This document shows positions 52,391-64,000 of a stretch of DNA of 64,000 nucleotides, piece by piece (position 1 is the first letter of the stretch; the number at the start of each line of letters is the position of its first letter). The notes below the pieces were generated by a model. It was not told where the DNA came from. It saw only the letters and a list, made by a program, of their open reading frames with translations, and did no database searches. This DNA comes from Octopus vulgaris (taxonomy: Eukaryota): positions 60,822,001 through 60,886,000 of the forward strand of contig OX597830.1 of assembly GCA_951406725.2 (NCBI GenBank), in the 5' to 3' direction. Both the position numbers and the translations under genes were made by a program.

Positions 52391-54716
52391 TCTATTTCAG
52401 TTTCCTTTTCCTGTCTACAGCATGAAGAACACCAACATCAACCCTAAATACTGGGAGTAAGATGCAGATGACAGAGCAGCATAGCATCACCTCATCAAGA
52501 TTGTTGCAGAAAAACATTGTTGAAGAAAGGAAGATAAATGGATATGACAAAAGACCTGCCAAAGTCTCAAACAAATCATCAAATGTGACCACTATGGACA
52601 ACTGTTCCACAGAAAAAATTAGAGGAACTGATATATATATGAAGAAGCACAAATGAAAAAACAAATACTCAGAAACAAGCCTGCTGCTAATATATTTCTG
52701 TGTTTATTTTTAACACTATATATCTATAAGCGATGTTATTCTCAGAATGAATACTGCAGTTTAGAAGGCTTTTAACAGCATATATGCTTTAAGTATGATA
52801 TACAGATCACTAGTTTGAACTAATGCCTTTTCTGTGATTGATAACAAATTTTATTCAGCCTACCAGCTAAATATGACATCAGTGACCTTTCAGTCACTGT
52901 ATTATTGCATCACATGGCAATTAATACTTGTAGACACATAAATTTCAATATTTTGATGTTTGTTCTTCTACTCCTCTACATATTTATACATACAGATTCA
53001 TACATACATACCTACATATATACGTGTGCATGTGCATGTGTACACACACAGACACACACACACATACTTGTGTGCAGATAAGAATCTGTTCATGTATTTA
53101 GGGTTGTAAATATGTGACTATGTATGTATAATTAAATGTGAGAGCATGTAAAGAAAATAGCACAAGTGTCTGTGTATACATAAAATACTTATCACAATAT
53201 ATGTGTGCTTGTGTAAGAATATATGTGCATGAAAATGGATGTAATTAATTATTTTCTCGGATACTTTCATCAAGGTTATCGGAAATATTGAAAATTTGCC
53301 CTTTGATATTCAGACAATAAGTTTGCTGATCAAGTGACAATTTATATCTGTGATGACTGGAAAATGCTTGATTGTCACAGTCAGCTGTCAAGCATCTTTA
53401 CAAATGGTTACACAATGTGATACATACTTGTACTGATAAACCAAATGGTCAAGCCAAATGGTCAAGCCAGAATGAAGCTAATTACCTTATCAAATCCTAC
53501 TATTCCTCCTCCATCAATTTTCTTCTCTCTCTCTCTTCCTATATTTGCCTTGAATGTATATGTTTAGTAGGAACTGTCCACTTCAGAATGGTATGAGAGT
53601 ACTTACTAGCGAGATTGGCTAATCAGTCAGCATGTTAGTTTTTGTGAAGTTCTGAGGAATCACTTCCAATGAGTGCAGTGAAAGAAGATTTACAAAGTGA
53701 CAGAGAATAGATCAATAATTGGTGACATGTTAACAAAATGACACAAGATTGGTTAAAAAGTAAGTTGATGAAACAATTGTTAGCAATGTATGAAAAGGAA
53801 TATTATGAACTCCATTCTTAGATGTTTTACAGGATTGTCCCCTCCATCCCTCTCCAGCTGAGCATTGCCAATCTTGTAGGCTAATAGGTGCTGGTGCCAC
53901 ATAAAAAGCACCCATACCCATATAAATGCACCAGTGCTAGTGCTGCATAGAAGCACTCTGTAATATGGGCAGTGGTAGGAAGGGCATCCAGCCATAGAAA
54001 CCATGCCAAACACACAAGGAGTCTGGGCCACTCCTCAGCTGGTCTGCTCCTGTCAAACCTTCCAACTCATGCTAGCATAGAAAACAGATGTTAAATGATG
54101 ATGATGATGATATATATATGAGACCAAAGTGTACATAAGCCGCTATATATATACATATATATATAAAAAATACAAAATGGGACAAGAACACACAACAAGT
54201 TTTCTTTCTTCAGTTGAGTTCCAGATTATCTTTGCAATTTGGGCTGGTTATACTTGAGATTGCTCCAATCTGGCCCGTCCCAAGAAAAAACTAAGCTAAG
54301 AGCATAGATTCCTTGGAAGAAAGCAGTGAATGTATACAAAAACTAGGACGGGAAAAAAATGGAGAATGTTACACAAATACAAATAACAGGACATAACAAC
54401 AGGTGTCTTTCGACTAAGGACAAATTAAATTAAGCTGGCATGTGTAGAAATAAAGCCTACGGCAGAGATATAAGATTTCGCAGGCACAGGGAGGAATATA
54501 GATGTTGCACAGACGATGGCTGAACCAAGAAAGAACAGCCAAAATTGCAAAGATAATCTGGAACTCGACTGAGGAAAGAAAACTCCGAATGACCCGTCCT
54601 TGTTTTCTTTGTATCATCTATCTGGATGTTTTGTTGTCCCTTCTTTGTATCACCTAACTGTCTAGATGTTTTGCGTTCTTGTCCTATTTTGTATTTGATA
54701 TATATATATATAATAA

Positions 54717-55358
54717 TAATTAATTAATAAGGGTGCATGGGAAACATGTATTTTTGTGGTTGAAACCTTTTGGATTAACTGGTGCTAGAGTGAGCCATAT
54801 AGTGACCACTCTCTTATATTTATTTTGTAAAAATATTATAATATATTATAAAATATTATAATAATCCAGGTTTCTCGGAGCACTAGGCCACTTGGTGTAG
54901 AATAGATATACTATTAAATTAGTATCTAATTCTCTCACCCTTATTAATTAATTATAATTATGCTGCATTTATTTCTAAATGCTGTATTTGTTTTCCGTGA
55001 AAGTTTGGCGCGCTGTTAGTTGGGGCATTTGAATTATAACGTCGGATGTAATCAATTGAACCACACGCGTATTTATCGTTATGGTAAAATCTGGCGTGTG
55101 ATTGAGTGGATTTCATCCAGATAGTTTTGGCTGAAGAGCTACAAGTGGATTTTATTGTAAGTAAAATTACATTTAATTCATTAATAGCGAAACAATTGTC
55201 CCAAAATAATCTGTATTTGTTATTTTTTATTTGCCCTGTCCGTGTGAGCTAACAATCGTACTGACTTTCATGGGAAACATGTATTTTTGTGGTTGAAACC
55301 TTTTGGATTAACTGGTGCTAGAGTGAGCCATATAGTGACCACTCTCTTATATTTATTT
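54717..55358 (+). mobile_element. Solo (about 1.15 unit) copy of the hammerhead repeat with a short inverted 5' piece, in (TA)n
   Basis: Same unit with about 10 differences; terminal redundancy catgggaaac...ctctcttatatttattt; inverted taattaattaataagggtg at the left end. Confidence 0.93.
55118..55213 (+). ncRNA. Type I hammerhead ribozyme (CUGAAGA variant)
   Basis: ttttgg-CTGAAGA-gcta...tagc-GAAA-caattg-TC-ccaaaa; only the free N7 position of the core differs. Confidence 0.9.
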
Positions 55359-55447
55359 TATATATAATAATAAATATTAGGGAATAAATCCAAATTTACA
55401 GGGAAAAATCAGATTTAGGATTGAATCCAATTTTATAGTAAAATATA

Positions 55448-55649
55448 ATATAATATTAATTAGAGACAAAACCACTATTATGCAAATCAAACAAAGAAAG
55501 ACTTAATCCAATACATAAAAAATTTTATATAAATTAAATATAATTAAGATTAATTATATTTAATTTATATAAAATTTTTTATGTATTGGATTAAGTCTTT
55601 CTTTGTTTGATTTGCATAATAGTGGTTTTGTCTCTAATTAATATTATAT
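55448..55649. repeat. Perfect palindrome, 100-bp arms, 2-nt centre
   Basis: 55448-55547 mirrors 55550-55649. Confidence 0.93.
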
Positions 55650-56620
55650 ATATATATATAAGAGACCAAAGTGTACATACACTGCTATATGTATATAAAA
55701 AAAATACAAAAACTGGGACAAGAATGCAACAGGTGACAACAAGACATCCAGGGCAGTTAGATGATACAAAAAGGGATAAGGAAAATGTAAGCTAAGAGCA
55801 CTAGATTCCTTGGAAGAAAGCAGTGAATGCATACGAAAACAAGGACAAAAAAACAGAGAAATGGTACACAAATACAAATGCAAACAGCAGGACATTAACA
55901 ACAGGTGTCTTTCAACTAAGGACAAATTAAATTAAGCTGGCGTGTGTGGAAGTGAAGCCTTACTGCAGGGACATAAGAGATAACAGGCATGGGAAGGAAT
56001 ATAAATATTGCACGGATGGTAGTCAAACCAGGAAAGGTCAAGCTTAGCCAAACACTGGTCACGTGGAAGGAGAGGAGAGCGGTAGAGGCAGAGGGATAGA
56101 AAAATTAGAGAGGGATGAGAAAAAAGAAAAGGGACAGACCGAAGTGAAAGAGGAGGGAAGGTGAGAATGAAGGGAAGGCCAGGTAATGTGAGAGAGGAGG
56201 AATGAAAGAAAGAAGAGTAGAAAGAATGAAGTGTGAAGGGGCTGAAAGAAAGAAAGAATGAAAGAATAAGAGATTCATACAAAATTTATATATATATATG
56301 TACTTACATATAAGAGACCAAAATGTGCATACGCCGTTATATGTATAGAAAAGGGAATACAAAAATGGGACAAGAATGCAACAGGCTACAACAAGACATC
56401 CACACAGATGATACAAAAAAGGACGAGAAAAAACAGGGACGGGTCATTTGGAATTTTCTTTCGTCAGTCGAGTTCCTGCAAAGATAATCTGGAACACGAC
56501 TGATGAAAGAAAACTCCAACTGACCTATCCCTATTTTTCTTTGTCCCTTTTTGTGTCATCTAACTGTCTGGATGTCCCAATTTTTGTATTCTTTTTTATA
56601 TACATATATATATATATATG

Positions 56621-56838
56621 AAGGCGATGAGCTGGCAGAAACGTTAGCACGCCAGGCGAAATGCGTTGCCCTATTTCGTCTGACGTTATGTTCTGTGTTC
56701 AAATTCCGCCGAGGTCGACTTTGCCTTTCATCCTTTCGGGGTCGATAAATTAAGTACCAGTTACGCACTGGGGTCGATGTAATCGACTTAATCCGTTTGT
56801 CTCCTCTGTGTTTAGCCCCTTGTGGGTAGTAAAGAAAT
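56621..56838 (+). mobile_element. Second SINE family (Nin/Deu-domain-like; copy near 25296-25525)
   Basis: gttcaaattccgccgaggtcgactttgcctttcatcctttcggggtcgataaattaagtaccag. Confidence 0.8.
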
Positions 56839-57300
56839 CATCATTATCATCATCGTTTAGCATCCGTTTTCCATGCTAGCATGGGTTGGACGGTTCTACT
56901 GGGGTCTGTGAAGCCAGAAGGCTTCATCAGGCCCAGTCAAATCTGGCAGTGTTTCTACGGCTGGATGCCCTTCCTAATGCCAACCACTCCGTGAGTGTAG
57001 TGGGTGCATTTTACGTGCCACCCGCACAGGTGCCAGACAGAGCTGGCAAACGGCCATGAACGGATGGTGCTTTTTCATGTGCCACCGGCACGAGGGCCAG
57101 GCGAGGCATATATATTATATCATGTATAATAAGCACAGGCATGGTTGTGTGATAAGAAGCCAGCTTCCCAATCACATGATTCCTGGTTCACTCCCACTGC
57201 ATAGCACCTTGGGCAAGTGTTTTCTACTATAGCCTCAGGCCAACTAAAGCCTTGTGAGTGGATTTGGTAGACGGAAACTAAAAGAAGCCCGTTGTGTGTG

Positions 57301-57334
<34 letters not shown>

Positions 57335-58190
57335 CGTGCGTGTGTTTGAGTCTGTGTTTATCCCTCAACCACTGCTTGACAACTAGTGTTGGTGTGTTTG
57401 CATCCTCATAACTTAGGCTCAGCAGAAGAGACTAATAGAATAAAATTCTTCAAGGCAGTGCCCCAGCATGGCCGCAGTCTAATGACTGAAGCAATTAAAA
57501 GACAAAAACAAATAAAAGATTATATATTACATATTATATATATTATATATGTTGTATATATACACTTAATATGTATTTGTTTGGTATTTTGTCTTGTACT
57601 TATCTCTCGTGTGTTTGTGTATTTTTCATTCACTGGTGATGTCCTGTACTTTATGTGTACTTTACATATATATTTATGGATCTAGGACTTTCCATCTAAA
57701 ACACTTCGATCTAATGCACTGTGGTCTAAAGTGACTTTTGTATCAATACACTATAGTTTAAAAGCATTTTTGTCTAAATGCCCTTTAGTATTTAAATACG
57801 TTTTTGTCTAAACTCACTTTGGTCTAATAACTATTTTGCCTATAGAATCTCAAAAAAAAAAATGTAAAAAGCTCTAAATAATTATATTCTAATAATCCTT
57901 TTTCTACAAAGAACTATTGCCTAACGATTATTTTGGTATAATGACTTGTTTGTTTTATGATACTAACTGGATAAATTTTAGATTCCTAAAAATCCTTTTT
58001 GTACAAAGAACTATCACCTGATGATTATTTTGGCATAATGACTACTTTGTTTTATGACACTAACTACATAAATTTCAGTTTCCTCGTTAAGTTGTGAGAC
58101 ATGTCCCCCTCTCCACCATGTTTTATTGTTTTTGAGTTGTAAAGCGTATTATTCATTCTTCATATTTTAGTTACAGATTAAAACCCCAAC

Positions 58191-58520
58191 ATGGAAAGTA
58201 CTATACACTTCATGAAAACAACTCTTTGCTATAATGGCTACTATTATACGAAGTATAACTCAGCTAAAAGTGCTGAAGATCAAAAGTGTTCCACCCATTT
58301 TATCTTAAGCAGAAATCATAAAGTTATGAAAACTTCAGAACACAACCAAACAGGTGATGGTGAAAAAGTGCATGTGTTCCAAGCATTAAACAAAATCAAA
58401 GAAAAAGCTCTTACAACATCAGAAAAACCTGCAGGAATAATTTCTGATGCAACTAGTGAGGTCCCAAAAGGTTCCCAACCATTGCTTCCTACCAATGCTT
58501 GCATCACTCAAAATATTTGA
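58191..58520 (+). mobile_element. MULE/FLYWCH-type transposase N-terminal remnant
   Basis: LCYNGYYY...C...EHN...KIKEKALTTSEKPAGII. Confidence 0.6.
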
Positions 58521-58599
58521 AAAGTAAGAAATAAACAGCTGTTTACTTGGATGCTGCCATTCATATTTGAATACCGCTCTATGTGGCATAGACTCTTTG

Positions 58600-60282
58600 G
58601 CCTGTCTTGATCGAGGCGACATGTTGTACCAGAACACCACTTCCAGCAGTGAGACATGTCCCCCTCTCCACCATGGCCTTGATCATTCAATGGTGTCTCT
58701 CCATGATCCCGTTTCTGCTTGGCCTGTATGCGCTCTGAAAAAGTGGTGCACTTTCCCCCTGTCAAGCATCTCCTTCAGTGCCTCTGAATGAAATGCTGTG
58801 CTGTTGTCCATCAGCAATTCGTCCACAGAGCCATTCATCTCCCGAAATTCCAGGACTGGTCTAACTTCGCCCTTTGTTGGCTGCACCACTGCCATTAGAG
58901 GTAGCATTCTGCTCATCACCTCCTGCTTCCGCGGGATAAGGACACCTTCCTTAATCCACTTTTCTACCTCTTCTTCAAACTTGCTCCTGGAGTGTCCTTT
59001 CAGGGTATGCTGGTAGCAGTTCACCCTGTTCTTCAGCACCAGGGGTCCCTCTTTCCAGTGCCACTCAATCATCCATTGCTGACCGTCAAATGCCACCCAA
59101 AAATCTTTGTCTTCAATGGCGTAGGCAGTGCAGCTCCTTGCGGAGCTCTGCTCCTGCTCACATTCCTGACCCAGGGTGCATGACGCCTCCATAGCACTGA
59201 TTGAAACCATGTCTCCCCCAACACTGACACCTTCAAGGTAGTTGATCGCATCCATCTCCATTACCACGTCAATCACGTCTACCATGTGGTCAATCATGAT
59301 CGCTCACAGCCTTAGCATTGTGCCTCGCACCACTATATCCACATCACTGCTACCCTTGCATTTGATTTTGTTGCTGTTGACTGCCCAAACGCTACTTGTC
59401 CCCTTCCATTTCTTTGTCTCCTTCAGGGTCATGAGAGTTGCCATGCTGCCCATGTCCACAAGGGCCTTGAACATGTTTCCCCTGACCACAGCCTCAACTA
59501 CGAGAAGTGACTTCACCAACACCTCTACTCGTTCACAGGGGAAGTTTGAGAGGCAACATCTTCCCCATGGCCTTTTCCCTGGCTACAATTTCGGGCAATA
59601 TGCCCAGTCTGTTTGCACTGGTAGCAAACCAGTCCAGACTCTGAGCAGTCCCTCACCATGAGCGGTCCTTGGCACTTAAAACACCAGCCTGTGAATGGCA
59701 GGCCTCTTTTCATCCTTTACCAGCCATCGTGCAGTTTCATGGGCTTCTGCAGCTGCCATCACCACTGCCTTCTGCTCAGTGTTTTGTGTCAACACATGGG
59801 CTTGAACAATGAGTGAGCTCATCGCCATTTTGTTGCCACCTGGCAACTGTTGTAGTTGCACCAATGTGTCTTCGGGAAAGCCATTCACAAAGGCCAGTCG
59901 TGCTACTTTCTCAAGTCCCTCACTGGTGAGACCAGACAACACAACCAGCCTCTGTACCTCTGCAGTGTATTCATCAACCTGTTCCCCTCTCCATCTGATC
60001 GTTCCCAGCTTAGCAAAAGTGGCTTACTCTCCATCTGTGTAAGCCTCTCTCAAGCGCTGCTCGACCTTCACCATGCTTCTTCGTCATGCTTCTTCGTCCA
60101 TTTTGAGGTACAGTGCCAGTGCACTCCTCTCCAAATACAGCACCATCCAAATACATCGCTACATCTTTGATGCTTTGTAGCCCGGCCACAACTTTGACCT
60201 TTCGAATCCAGGCTACTATGTCACCTTCGCCATAGAAAGGTCTGATGACATTACTGCCGATCCTTATCTTCACTGCCATCAT
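58600..60282 (-). mobile_element. Decayed Ty3/gypsy-like LTR retrotransposon (gag, Zn knuckles, protease, RT start joined to integrase)
   Basis: PFYGEGDIVAWIRKV; CYQCKQTGHIARNC; ALVDMGS; PLMAVVQPTKGEVRPVLEFREMN followed directly by LLMDNSTAFHS. Confidence 0.85.
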
Positions 60283-60726
60283 ATCAATTCAGCATTTAGT
60301 CTCCTTTGAAATAGTCCCCTTCTGAAGCCCATATTATTTCCATTGTGAAAATCAAAAATCAAAATCAAAATCGATCAACATCAATGGAAATTGTAGCTGT
60401 GATACCAGTGCCGGTGGCACATAAGAGAACCATCCAAACATGGCCATTGCCAGCGCCGCCCTGACTGGCCTCCGTGCTGGTGGCACATAAAAAGCACCAT
60501 CCGATTGTGGCTGTTGCCAGCCTCGTCTGTCCCCCGTGCAGGTGGCACGTAAAAAGCACCCACTACACTCATGGAGTGGTTGGCGTTAGGAAGGGCATCC
60601 AGCTGTAGAAACACTGCCAGATTAGACTGGGCCTGGTGCAGCCTTCTGGCTTCCCAGACCCCAGTTGAACCGTCCAACCCATGCTAGCATGGAAAGCGGA
60701 TGTTAAACGATGATGATGATGATGAT

Positions 60727-60870
60727 GGAAGCATTCATGGAGTTCCTTTTTTGGGATAGCAAGCAGTTGCTTCATTACATTCTCATAAATTTCCTTGACA
60801 TCTTGAAATCTTGTTCCTTTCAAGTATTGATTTTTGGAAAGAGGAAAAAGTTGTAAGAGGCAAAATCTTG
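60727..60870 (-). mobile_element. Mariner transposase C-terminal remnant
   Basis: LFP...LKGTRFQDVKEIYENVMKQLLAIPKKELHECF. Confidence 0.65.
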
Positions 60871-62279
60871 GTAACACAGTGGTTGTTGGGCCTAGGGAAT
60901 GTTGTGCTTGACCAAAAACTGTTGCACCAACAGTTGTGGGGTATGATACCTTCCTGTCCTACATGATTAACCATAAGACTTATAGCCCAGACCCTTGTAA
61001 CTGCTAGATATTTTAGACATCTCGCTAGTAATTCCTAATGGACAAGGGTCTTTCTTTCCTGCACCAGACTTCTGTGTCTGTTTTGGCATAGTTTTAATGG
61101 CTGGATGCCCTTCCTGACGACAACCACCATGAACTGAGTGCTTTTTACATGGTACAAGCATAGGCAAGGTCAGTTTCGGCATGGTTTTTACAGCTGGATG
61201 CCCTCCCAAATGCCAAACACTTTACAGTGTGGAATGGATGCTTTTTATGTAGCACCAGCACTGGTAGGGTCACCAAGTAACTTGCAAGACAAAGATCCTT
61301 TGAGAGGGGAGGGGGACATTGGAGGAGGTGATCTTGTGTCAGATGATAAAAGGTTATAGTGAGACAGCAAGACAGAAACAGGTGTCTTGCTGTAGGGGAG
61401 GTACATGGTTACCTGGCCATGGAAGAGAGAGAGAGAGGGGACAAAAACAGGTGTGCTGTTGTAAAGGAGATATGTGATTACCCAGCCTGAGGGAAAGAAT
61501 GAGGAATGAGAGATTGGGAATAGGTAAGAGTGCGGGAGAGAGATGGTGGCAAGGGTGCTGGGCATACTCACAAGGTATGGGGATGAGAATATAAATGGGA
61601 TGGTTGAGTAAAGGATGAGAAAGATAGATGGTGACAACGCCCTTGCGGTATGGTGGTCATAATATAAATGGCAGGGCATTGCCAAAGAAGTATGAGTAGA
61701 GAGTGGGGGTGGGGGAATGCAGTGAGTGGTGAAAACCTGGGTATATAGATGGGGTGGAAGGCTACTTGATAACAATGATACAGTGAGCAGAGCTGTGAGG
61801 ACAGGACTGGGGAGTGAGAAATAAGAATAGTGCTTTTACACACAGGAGTGGCTGTGTGGTAAGTAGCTTGTTTACCAACCACATGGTTCCGGGTTCAGTC
61901 CCACTGCGTGGCACCTTGGGCAAGTGTCTTCTACTATAGCCTTGGGCCGACCAAAGCCTTGTGAGTGGATTTGGTAGACGGAAACTGAAAGAAGCCCATC
62001 GTATATATGTATATATAGATATATATATGCGTGTGTGTGTTTGTCCCCCTAGCATTGCTTGACAACTGATGCTGGTGTGTTTATGTCCCCGTTACTTAGC
62101 GGTTTGGCAAAAGAGACTGATAGAATAAGTACTGGGCTTACAAAAGAATAAGTCCTGGGGTCAAGTTGCTCGATTAAAGGCGTTGCTCCAGCAAGGCCAC
62201 TGTCAAATGACTGAAACAAGTAAAAGAGTAAAAGAGTAAAGAGTACAGTACTTCTAGAACTCAGTTTCACTCACAGGGG

Positions 62280-62620
62280 TGGGTCTTGATGTCTCAGTCC
62301 TCTGTGAAGCCCAACATCATGAAATATCTTCCTGGGTCTCCCTCTTCCGTGAGTACCATCCACTTTCAGTGACCAGTATATCTTTATACACCTGTCTTCA
62401 TTCATACACATCACATATCCAAACCAATGTAGTCTTCTCTCTTGCATGCTGCATTTGATTCCTCGTATGCCCAACTTTTTTATGAACATGTTTGCACTTT
62501 GTCATACATGTACACTGATGTTGCACATCCAATGGAGCATACTGCCTTCATTTCTCTCTAGTTTATGCATGCCTTCTGCTAATTTGGTCACCTAGGCAGC
62601 AGAAGCTATCTACAGCCTCA
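62280..62620 (-). mobile_element. RTE LINE C-terminal fragment
   Basis: QERRLHWFGYVMCM...GRGRPRK. Confidence 0.8.
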
Positions 62621-62957
62621 AGATGGTCTCCTGGGCATTATATATATTAGGTCATCTCATAAATAATGCAGTTTTTTCAATTGCATGGACTAAAAGTCGG
62701 AGGAGGACAGGATAAACTACTTGCATCAACTTGCTATAAAAGCAGGTAGAAAATTTACTTTTGCACTTATTCTTAGTTCAAGTTTTGAAGAGTGCTGTTC
62801 GATTTTAACAGCTATTTTTTCAAAGCTATCATGGAAGTAACAAGGGAATGAATATATCCAGCATATTTTGCTTTAGGAGTTCAATAAAGTCAATGATGCA
62901 ATGGAAAGTGCAAGGAATATTAATCCATATATGGGGATTGGACAATAAGCATAAGCA

Positions 62958-63163
62958 TAAGATGTGGTGTGCAAGAGAGACAACTGCACTGGTATGGTCA
63001 TGTGGTGAGAATAGATGAGAATAGCTGTGTGAAAAAGTGCCACTCCTTTGTGGTTGAGGGAACCTGTGGAAGAGGTAGACCCAGGAAGACCTTGGATGAG
63101 GTGGTGAAGCATGACCTTCGAACATTAGGCCTCACTGAGGCAATGACTAGTGACCGGGACCTT
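62958..63163 (+). mobile_element. RTE LINE C-terminal fragment
   Basis: QERQLHWYGHVVRI...GRGRPRKTLDEVVKHDLR. Confidence 0.85.
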
Positions 63164-63164
63164 T

Positions 63165-63710
63165 GTTTGTTTGTGCACATGTTTGGATAGTGGGGACATG
63201 TTGTTCATTATCCTAACTAAGTCTGCTATCAGTATATTAATTTTCATGTTGTGTAACAAAGCTGAGTTCTTGTGAACAACATATTTTGAAGTTATGGGTT
63301 TCTTGTAATAGGAGTGGAGGAGCTGCACGCTATTGTTCACAGTCTATAACCAAAGTTCACTATCAAGGACAGGAAATCTATTATTAGGGTGCCTGGTGGA
63401 GTAATCTATAGTTATCTTGATACTTTGGTAGATGGAGTTAGCTACTTGCCGGAAGTTCTCCATTGTGTTCCTCTCAGTTCCTGTACTACTGTTACTGGAG
63501 TTGGTTCTAACTATGATATTAATGTCATCTACATACCTACTGTAAAGTAGAAGAGTTGTGGCCTGTTCTGCTAACATTTGCTTAAGTTTTCTGTCCCACT
63601 AGGTCATGAAGAGGCCGGCTACATCTCCAGCTACACCGACACTGATGGTGACACCTTGAACCTGCATGTGTAGTTTTTGTTAAACTTTACTATGTGGTTC
63701 TTCAATGTGG
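63165..63710 (-). mobile_element. Penelope-like element reverse transcriptase fragment (with stops)
   Basis: YSRYVDDINIIV...FPVLD...YKKP...HKNSA...KINIL, matching PLE RT motifs 5-7 and thumb. Confidence 0.8.
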
Positions 63711-64000
63711 TTTAACACTGGCCTCTATTCTACTCTACAAGTAGAGTAGAATAGTTAGTGGGCTGTTATGTAGATAGATGTATGTATATGTGTGTGTGTG
63801 GGTGTATGTATATATGTATATATGCATATGCACATGTATATAAGCATATGCATATAAAAGTAAATAGATCAACATACAGATGGTCGGGTACATAGGTTAT
63901 ATGAACAGACAAGCACACATACACACATACACAAATGGAGACTGAAACACATGACCATATATACACACACACTATACTTCACATATGGAAACACACGTCC

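Noticed and set aside
54560-54605. CTGANGA motif in the 54-56 kb family (N = G, T, C, A in different copies)
   Set aside because: No GAAA..UH or helix I partner follows, so a hammerhead cannot be built from these copies.

Overview
AT-rich, repeat-dense animal genomic DNA with introns, (TA)n/(CA)n microsatellites, tRNA-headed SINEs and RTE LINE tails. The repeat families look cephalopod (Octopus-like), which is an inference. Host genes: two tandem minus-strand TDP-43 (TARDBP) paralogs. Copy A is complete and compact (4 coding exons, 39316->35144, 395 aa). Copy B shows only a 5'UTR exon and the N-terminal-domain exon (11386->11149) in this window. The most striking non-genic structure is an 8.2-kb array (about 41046-49235) of near-identical 535-537 nt units. 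Each unit carries an intact type I hammerhead ribozyme: 11 on the minus strand, then an inversion, then 4 on the plus strand. The array sits inside the (TA)n tract of one SINE about 1.3 kb upstream of the copy A promoter, and a related solo copy lies at 54.7-55.4 kb. Several other hammerhead-like motifs (degenerate or core-variant), Penelope-like RT and GIY-YIG fragments and TA-embedded fold-back elements point to a Penelope/retrozyme system. I also see a candidate 3'UTR autoregulatory module in copy A and a duplex-sequestered candidate poison exon in copy B. All coordinates were read by eye and no folding or database search was run.
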